DNA from: Antedon mediterranea
Lineage: Eukaryota; Animalia; Echinodermata
Direction of reading: 5' to 3'
Assembly (NCBI RefSeq): GCF_964355755.1
Contig: NC_092671.1
Coordinates: forward strand, 15,624,001 to 15,688,000
Length of the DNA stretch: 64,000 bases
The notes below the pieces were generated by a model. The model saw nothing but the letters and a program-made list of their open reading frames with translations, was not told the origin of the DNA and did no database searches. Within the stretch, counting starts at the first letter, position 1. Each line of letters starts with the position of its first letter. Below are positions 41,219 through 64,000 of this stretch, one piece after another. The position numbers and the translations under genes are program-made.

Positions 41219-41452
41219 TAAGACCTGTTAATTTAAAATGTTAATATGATATATATAGACTTCTAATAGCATTTCCAATAATAAAACATCAATTTTAGCG
41301 CAATATAAGACACCAACTTTGTTCGTTTCGCGAACGCGAAGCTTGTCGATCAGTTTAACATTTTTGGTGTCTATATCGAGCTAAAATTGAGGTTTTATTG
41401 TTGGAAATTAGAAGTCTATATATATCATATTTCGTTAAATTAACAGGTCTTA
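41219..41452. mobile_element. Foldback MITE with ~100-bp inverted arms
   Basis: TAAGACCTGTTAATTTAA..ATATGATATATATAGACTTCTAAT versus its reverse complement at ~41363-41452. Confidence 0.8.
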
Positions 41453-41658
41453 GTAGGTCTTGGTAGTTCTTGGTATTTAGGAGGACTAGTTATTTATTGT
41501 CATTTGATTCATGAAGATAAAACACATGACATTATTGTAAAGTATTTTATATATACTCAATTGGCGTTCCATAGACATTAAAATGAAAACACGCTCTCGC
41601 GCGGAAAAAACCACCACAAATCGACAAAAAACTGATTAGAAATTTTAACATAAATACA

Positions 41659-43327
41659 ATGTCAATGTCGAAACAAACACAAAACTCTGTTATCCGTGAT
41701 TATGTTAAATACACGAGCTATACAGAGGGAAGAGATAAAATTTACAGGTAATTTATTTAAACTAGCCTAGGCTTGGATAGCTAGGCCTAGGCTAGAGTTT
41801 AGTAAAAAGATAGGCCCAAAACATTGTTGTGTGCAAATTTCATTTTTGCACCAACCATGCAGGCTGACCTGGGAAAAACGAAAACTTGTGTGGCGAGGCA
41901 GAAGGCTATCTGAAAGTAAACCATATCGTTTGATTTATCTTTAGGACAATCCAGTATGCTTCCAGATTTGTATTATGGTATCTTTCAAGGCGGGATAGTG
42001 TGACATCGTTTCACCAGAAAGTCAAGAATTTGGAGTCGGCAATTACAACATCAAGAAAATGTAAATAAAACATTATTTGTCTGACATTGATTGTCGTGAT
42101 TGGTTTTTTTTTTCAGATTCATCATATTTTAATCATATAGTATACCTTATATATAATATTTAATACCTGTTTTTCCCAAAAAATAAATAAATACTGTATG
42201 TCTTAAGACTGAGAAGAGACTTAGTTTATAAGCACGATAAATTATAAAATAGTTTAGTCATACTGTAATTGGCGAGTTACTTGCGGTTAGATGCATATAA
42301 AATATAAATAAAATAAACATTAACAAATTAAAATCAGTGTTAAACAGTGTTGTATGATAACTTGCTTTCAAAATCAAATGCTAACATTCTAATTTGCATA
42401 ATTGCATTGAGTCATGTTGGTTTGGACCGCATTAATTACAAATATAACCTTCGCTGTGTCTTTAACAGACTAGCGATAGATTTAATTTCAGCACAACAAT
42501 TGCAAACAAATCTTGCAACATTTATCTGCCTAATAGAATCAGTATTCACAACAAATTTTTCCCAACAGTATTCAGAATGTTGAGATGCATCGATTTTTCA
42601 CTGAAGGCTGTAGATGCATTGCGTACAACAGATGAAAAGCTCAAAATGTTTGCACTCATCGGAAGTATTGGGAAAGCCGGTTGGCTAGTGCTTGACCATG
42701 CGATATGGTTTGGACAAATCAAAGTTTTCACGGTACACAATTATGTTTAAATTAACATTTGTAATTTAATCTGTGTTTGATTGCAACTTTGTACAGTACA
42801 TAATCATGAATTTGAATTAATAATTTGTAGTGCATTTCTTAGACTATAGACCATGTATAAATACAGCATGTTTAAACTTTACATATTTCTCCAGCCTTAT
42901 TAATACAATGGTTCCTTAATTAAATGATTCTGGTTACTTAGGCGTCTACCAAATCTGTAACATGATTTACCGATTCTAATTCTTTGCTTCCTTCTGATAG
43001 GTTGAAAGTCAACGATGGGCAAAGCTTTCATATTGGTTATGGTTGATTGGTGTGACGGCTCTCGCACTCCGTGATTTCCGTAAAATCAATCTGCTAGTTG
43101 CTCAAGCCAAAAAATTAAGAAGCCAGAGTGAAAGAGAAGAGAAAACTGCAATTAAAGCTGAACTTGATAAAGCAAGAATTGAATTTTTGATTGATGTCTC
43201 AGATGCGTTTATCCCACTCGCAGCGTTGAACTTTTGCAGCAAAGGTCTTGGTGCATTAGGTGGTGTGATTGCCTCGATAGCAGGTGGCTATCTTGCATAT
43301 GAGAAAAATATTGTCGCTAATAGGTAA
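41659..43327 (+). CDS. PEX11: Peroxisomal biogenesis factor 11 family
   Basis: Exons 41659-41747 (EGRDKIYR), 41945-42060 (TIQYASR..SRK), 42569-42732 (LFRM..LDHAIW), 43001-43327 (D.FIPL..GLGALGGVIAS). Confidence 0.9.
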
Positions 43328-43980
43328 ATAATTGCTTCACATTATATGAAATCATCATTTTTATATCATAATTATGTTGATGCTGATTGATGATTGGCCA
43401 ACACATTTGTGGACAGTATCCTAACAATTCTATTGATAATTTATTAAATATTTTATCTAATGTCAATTCTAGTGGGTGTAGGGTCTCTGACAATTGTAAT
43501 TTGGGTTCCAAATATGTACTAAAGATTGTCACATTGATTTGAGTGTTTTTTAAATATAAGTTGAAAGGAAAGTACTACTTTTATATTTTATTTTGTATGT
43601 ATTTTTAAAGTGGAAAAATCAAAGCAAACATGATTGATTATGCATTCCCACCAAAATACACTGCAGAGTGAGTGACACCCAATCCAGTATAAGTCAGCAT
43701 AAGTAACAGAATTCTTTATTTTTTTGAAAATTATATGCACTAACATTAGGTTTCATTGCATTAGAATGTTACCATCACATCGCACAATTACAGTATGTAA
43801 AAATTGTGCCTTTGATTAATATAAAATATATAGGCTGGTTACCAAAATTCTTATATTGTTTTAATGCCACTTGCTAATATGTTCGACATTCAACAATTAT
43901 ATTTTAATTATTTTATTAACTGCAGATATATTATTTTTAAAATCCATTTACAAATCTTTATTTTCTTCTTTTACCATTAT

Positions 43981-58192
<14,212 letters not shown>

Positions 58193-58213
58193 GTTTTTCT
58201 AAACTAAAATATA

Positions 58214-58251
58214 GAGGGCGTCCTACCAATAACACAATCAGAGCCATATAA
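58214..58251. promoter_or_regulatory. Bipartite GAGGGCG-N18-CAGAGCCATA motif upstream of PECR
   Basis: Starts 22 nt upstream of the PECR ATG, same orientation relative to the gene as the E-Syt copy. Confidence 0.45.
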
Positions 58252-58295
58252 AGCTCTGAACACAATAAATAACCGGGAAAACTATATCATAAAAT

Positions 58296-58506
58296 TAACA
58301 AGGCCAACAGCCATAAGTCGCGTGCTCTCAGAAAAAAAATGAACTTTCAAAAATTAATGTACTTTAAAACTTTTCTGTACATCAAAACAGTTCAAAGAGT
58401 ACAAAAAGCGATAAAACGCATAGTGATACCGGACCGACAGACAGACCGACAGGCCGACCGACCGACCGACATAGTGAACTATATAGTCGCGTCCACGCGA
58501 CTAAAA
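58296..58506 (+). mobile_element. Helentron-associated non-autonomous element (DINE-1/HINE-like)
   Basis: AACAAG start, (GACA/GACC)n microsatellite 58432-58470, 3' hairpin TAGTCGCG-TCCA-CGCGACTA then A run. Confidence 0.6.
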
Positions 58507-61500
58507 ATATACTATAAAAATGTATTTCTTATTTTATTTAAAAAATCATGAGTCTCCTCTCCTTAATTGCCTAAGTCACACAGCTGACTTAGGCAGCAGA
58601 AACACAAAAAACGATCTGAGCATGTGCAAATGTATATAAAAGCACTCATATAATGTACAGAGGGCAGTATAAAGATATAAGCAGTGAGTTAGGCAGATCA
58701 TAAAGTCAGCTCTCCTTAATTGCCTAAGTCACACAGCTGACTTAGGCAGAAACACAAAAAATATAGTATATTGATATAAGCAGTGAGTTAGGCAGAAAAA
58801 CAAAACAAAAATTATGACTTAGACACTTTTGTTATGAGGCTGTCGATATCATCTATATACAAAATTTAATAGCATTAGCTCTTCAGATTAAAATTAATAC
58901 TGATGATTTTAGAAAAGGAAAGTAGCAATAAAAGAGAAAGAATTTGTAACAAATGGGTTAAAAAATATACTATAAAAATGTATTTCTTATTTTATTTAAA
59001 AAATCATGAGTCTCCTCTCATTAATTGCCTAAGTCACACAGCTGACTTGGGCAGAAACACAAAAAATATAGTATATTGATATAAGCAGTGAGTTAGGCAG
59101 AAAAACAAAACAAAAATTATGACTTAGACACTTTTGTTATGAGGCGGTCGATATCATCTATATACAAAACTGCTACCTTTAAGTAACAAAATTTAATAGC
59201 ATTAGCTCTTCAGATTAAAATTAATACTGATGATTTTAGAAAAGGAAAGTAGCAATAAAAGAGAAAGAATTTGTAACAAATGGGTTAAAAAATATACTAT
59301 AAAAATGTATTTCTTATTTTATTTAAAAAATCATGAGTCTCCTCTCCTTAATTGCCTAAGTCACTCAGCTGACTTAGGCAGAAACACAAAAAAACGATCT
59401 GAGCATGTGCAAATGTATATAAAAGCACTCAGATAATGTACAGAGGGCAGTATAAAGATATAAGCAGTGAGATAGGCAGATCATAAGTCAGCTCTCCTTA
59501 ATTGTCTAAGTCACACAGCTGACTTAGGCAGAAACACAAAAAATATAGTATATTGATAAAAGCAGTGAGTTAGGCAGAAAAAAAAAATTATGACTTAGAC
59601 ACTTTTGTTATGAGGCTGTCGATATCATCTATATACAAAAAATGCTACATTTAAGTAACAAAATTTAATAGCATCAGCTCTTCAGATTAAAATTAACACT
59701 GATGATTTTAGAAATGGAAAGTAGCAATAAAAGAGAAAGATTTTGTAACAAATGGGTTAAAAAATAAACTATAAAAATGTATTTCTTATTTTATTTAAAA
59801 AAGCATGAGTCTCCTCTCCTTAATTGCCTAAGTCACACAGCTGACTTAGGCTGAAACACAAAAAAAAACGATCTGAGCATGTGCAAATGTATATAATGTA
59901 CAGAGGGCAGTATAAAGATATAAGCATTGAGTTAGGCAGATCATACGTCAGCTCTCCTTAATTGCCTAAGTCACACAGCTGACTTAGGCAGAAACACAAA
60001 AAATATAGTATATTGATATAAGCAGTGAGTTAGGCAGATCATAAGTCAGCTCTCCTTAATTGCCTAAGTCACACAGCTGAATTAGGCAGAAACACAACAA
60101 ATATAGTATATTGATATAAGCAGTGAGTTAGGCAGATCATAAGTCAGCTCTCCTTAATTGCCTAAGTCACAAAGCTGACTTAGGCAGAAACACAACAAAT
60201 ATAGTATTATTGATATAAGCAGTGAGTTAGGCAGAAAAAAAAAATTATGACTTAGACACTTTTGTTATGAGGCTGTCGATATCATCTATATACAAAAAAT
60301 GCTACCTTTAAGTAACACAATTTAATAGCATTAGCTCTTCAGATTAAAATTAATACTAATGATTTTAGAAAAGGAAAGTAGAAATAAAAGAGAAAGAATT
60401 TGTAACAAATGGGTTAAAAATATACTATAAAAATGTATTTCTTATTTTATTTAAAAAATCATGAGTCTCCTCTCCTTAATTACCTAAGTCACACAGCTGA
60501 CTTAGGCAGAAACACACAAAAAAACGATCTGAGCATGTGCAAATGTATATAAAAGCACTCAGATAATGTACAGAGGGCAGAATAAAGATATAAGCAGTGA
60601 GTTAGGCAGATCATAAGTCAGCTCTCCTTAATTGCCTAAGTCACACAGCTGACTTAGGCAGAAACACAAAAAATATAGCATATTGATATAAGCAGTGAGT
60701 TAGGTAGAAAAAAAAAATTATGACTTAGACACTTTTGTTATGAGGCTGTCGATATCATCTATATACAAAAAATGCTACCTTTAAGTAAACAAAATTTAAT
60801 AGCATTAGCTCTTCGGATTAAAATTAATACTGATGATTTTAGAAAAGGAAAGTAGAAATAAAAGAGAAAGAATTTGTAACAAATGGGTTAAAAATATACT
60901 ATAAAAATGTATTTCTTATTTTATTTAAAAAATCATGAGTCTCCTCTCCTTAATTACCTAAGTCACACAGCTGACTTAGGCAGAAACACACAAAAAAACG
61001 ATCTGAGCATGTGCAAATGTATATAAAAGCACTCAGATAATGTACAGAGGGCAGAATAAAGATATAAGCAGTGAGTTAGGCAGATCATAAGTCAGCTCTC
61101 CTTAATTGCCTAAGTCACACAGCTGACTTAGGCAGAAACACAAAAAATATAGCATATTGATATAAGCAGTGAGTTAGGTAGAAAAAAAAAATTATGACTT
61201 AGACACTTTTGTTATGAGGCTGTCGATATCATCTATATACAAAAAATGCTACCTTTAAGTAAACAAAATTTAATAGCATTAGCTCTTCGGATTAAAATTA
61301 ATACTGATGATTTTAGAAAAGGAAAGTAGCAATAAAAGAGAAAGAATTTGTAACAAATGGGTTAAAAAATATAGTATAAAAATGTATTTCTTATTTTATT
61401 TAAAAAATCATGAGTCTCCTCTCCTTAATTGCCTAAGTCACACAGCTGACTTAGGCAGAAACACAAAAAAACGATCTGAGCATGTGCAAACGTATATAAA

Positions 61501-64000
61501 GGCACTCAGATAATGTACAGAGGGCAGTTTAAAGATATAAGCAGTGAGTTAGGCAGATCATAAGTCAGCTCTCCTTAATTACCTAAGTCACACAGCTGAC
61601 TTGGGCAGAAACACAACAAATATAGTATATGGATATAAGCAGTCAGTTAGGCAGAAAAAAAAAATTATGACTTAGACACTTTTGTTATGAGGCTGTCGAT
61701 ATCATCTATATACAAAAAATGCTACCTTTAAGTAACACAATTTAATAGCATTAGCTCTTCAGATTAAAATTAATACTGATGATTTTAGAAAAGGAAAGTA
61801 GAAATAAAAGAGAAAGAATTTGTAACAAATGGGTTAAAAAATATACTATAAAAATGTATTTCTTATTTTATTTAAAAAATAATGAGTCTCCTCTCCTTAA
61901 TTACCTAAGTCACACAGCTGACTTAGGCAGAAACACACAGAAAAACGATCTGAGCATGTGCAAATGTATATAAAAGAACTCAGATAATGTACAGAGGGCA
62001 GTATAAAGATATAAGCAGTGAGTTAGGCAGATCATAAGTCAGCTCTCCTTAATTGCCTAAGTCACACAGCTGACTTAGGCAGTAACACAAAAAAACGACC
62101 TGAGCATGTGCAAATGTGTATAAAAGCACTCTGATAATGTACAGAGGGCAGTATAAAGATATAAGCAGTGAGTTAGGCAGATCATAAGTCAGCTCTCCTA
62201 AATTGCCTAAGTCACACAGCTGACTTGGGCAGAAACACAACAAATATAGTATATTGATATAAGCAGTGAGTTAGGCAGATCATAAGTCAGCTCTCCTTAA
62301 TTGCCTAAGTCACACAGCTGACTTAGGCAGAAACACAAAAAATATAGTATATTGATATAAGCAGTGAGTTAGGCAGAAAAACAAAACAAAAATTATGACT
62401 TAGACACTTTTGTTATGAGGCTGTCGATATCATCTATATACAAAAACTGCTACCTTTAAGTAACAAAATTTAATAGCATTAGCTCTTCAGATTAAAATTA
62501 ATACTGATGATTTTAGAAAAGGAAAGTAGCAATAAAAGAGAAAGAATTTGTAACAAATGGGTTAAAAAATATACTATAAAAATGTATTTCTTATTTTATT
62601 TAAAAACCATGAGTCTCCTCTCCTTAATTGCCTAAGTCACACAGCTGACTTAGGCAGAAACACAAAAAAACGATCTGAGCATGTGCAAATGTATATAAAA
62701 GCACTCAGATAATGTACAGAGGGCAGTATAAAGATATAAGCAGTGAGTAGGCAGATCATAAGTCAGTTCTCCTTAATTGTCTAAGTCACACAGCTGACTT
62801 GGGCAGAAACACAACAAATATAGTATATTGATATAAGCAGTGAGTTAGGCAGATCATAAGTCAGCTCTCCTTAATTGCCTAAGTCACACAGCTGACTTAG
62901 GCAGAAACACAAAAAATATAGTATATTGATATAAGCAGTGAGTTAGGCAGAAAAACAAAAAAAAATTATGACTTAGACACCTTTGTTATGAGGCTGTCGA
63001 TATCATATATATACAAAAATTGCTACCTTTAAGTAACAAAATTTAATAGCATTAGCTCTTCAGATTAAAATTTATACTGATGATTTTAGAAAACGAAAGT
63101 AGCAATAAAAGAGAAAGAATTTGTAACAAATGGGTTAAAAAATATACTATAAAAATGTATTTCTTATTTTATTTAAAAAATCATGAGTCTCCTCTCCTTA
63201 ATTGCCTAAGTCACACAGCTGAGTTAGGCAGAAACACAAAAAAAACGATCTGAGCATGTGCAAATGTATATAAAAGCACCCAGATAATGTACAGAGGGCA
63301 GTATAAAGATATAAGCAGTGAGTTAGGCAGATCATAAGTCAGCTCTCCTTAATTGCCTAAGTCACACAGCTGACTTAGGCAGAAACACAAAAAATATAGT
63401 ATATTGATATAAGCAGTGAGTTAGGCAGATCATAAGTCAGCTCTGCTTAATTGCCTAAGTCACACAGCTGACTTGGGCAGAAACACAACAAATATAGTAT
63501 ATTGATATAAGGAGTGAGTTAGGCAGATCATAAGTCAGCTCTCCTTAATTGCCTAAGTCACACAGCTGACTTGGGCAGAAACACAACAAATATAGTACAT
63601 TGATATAATCAGTGAGTTAGGCAGAAAAACAAAACAAAAATTATGACTTAGACACTTTTGTTATGAGGCTGTCGATATCATCTATATACAAAAAAATTCT
63701 ACCTTTAAGTAACAAAATTTAATAGCATCAGCTCTTCAGATTACAATTAACACTGATGATTTTAGAAAAGGAAAGTAGCAATAAAAGAGAAAGAATTTGT
63801 AACAAACGGGTTAAAAAATATACTATAAAAATGTATTTCTTATTTTATTTAAAAATCATGCGTCTCCTCTCCTTAATTGCCTAAGTCACACAGCTGACTT
63901 AGGCAGAAACACAAAAAAACGATCTGAGCATGTGCAAATGTATATAAAAGCACTCAGATAATGTACAGAGGGCAGTATAAAGATATAAGCAGTGAGTAGG
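58503..64000. repeat. Composite satellite, ~473-bp higher-order unit with ~98- and ~128-bp subunits, runs off the window
   Basis: GATTTTAGAAAAGG anchors at 60361, 60835, 61309, 61781; each subunit has TGCCTAAGTCA-CACAGC-TGACTTAGGCA. Confidence 0.95.

Noticed and set aside
59170-59256. Hammerhead-like core CTGATGA..GAAA with TGCTAC/GTAGCA pairing in the satellite
   Set aside because: Lacks U16.1 and the G10.1-C11.1 pair; stems I and II are weak
59230-62243. Repeated MILEKESS ORFs
   Set aside because: By-products of the satellite unit; disrupted in other copies

Overview
AT-rich, intron-containing eukaryotic DNA from an invertebrate animal; a DeuSINE-like element hints at a deuterostome such as an echinoderm (inference). 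Six spliced genes were reconstructed by hand from GT-AG boundaries and reading phase: an extended synaptotagmin (ESYT2/3 type, minus, 1680-26952), a secreted DNase I (plus), a small orphan mucin-like single-pass membrane protein (plus), an SLC22 organic cation transporter (minus), PEX11 (plus) and PECR ending in SKL (minus). The main signal is a modular alternative-splicing system in the E-Syt gene: two mutually exclusive exons for the C2A Ca2+-binding loop, an intronic exon that would replace the C2C plasma-membrane-binding domain with a basic CCLIL-stop (CaaX) tail, and a 6-nt microexon candidate. Non-coding DNA holds a four-level nested transposon in a PECR intron, tRNA- and 5S-derived repeats, several MITE families, LINE remnants, satellites and a fixed-spacing bipartite motif upstream of two genes. 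All splicing calls are predictions from DNA and lack transcript support.
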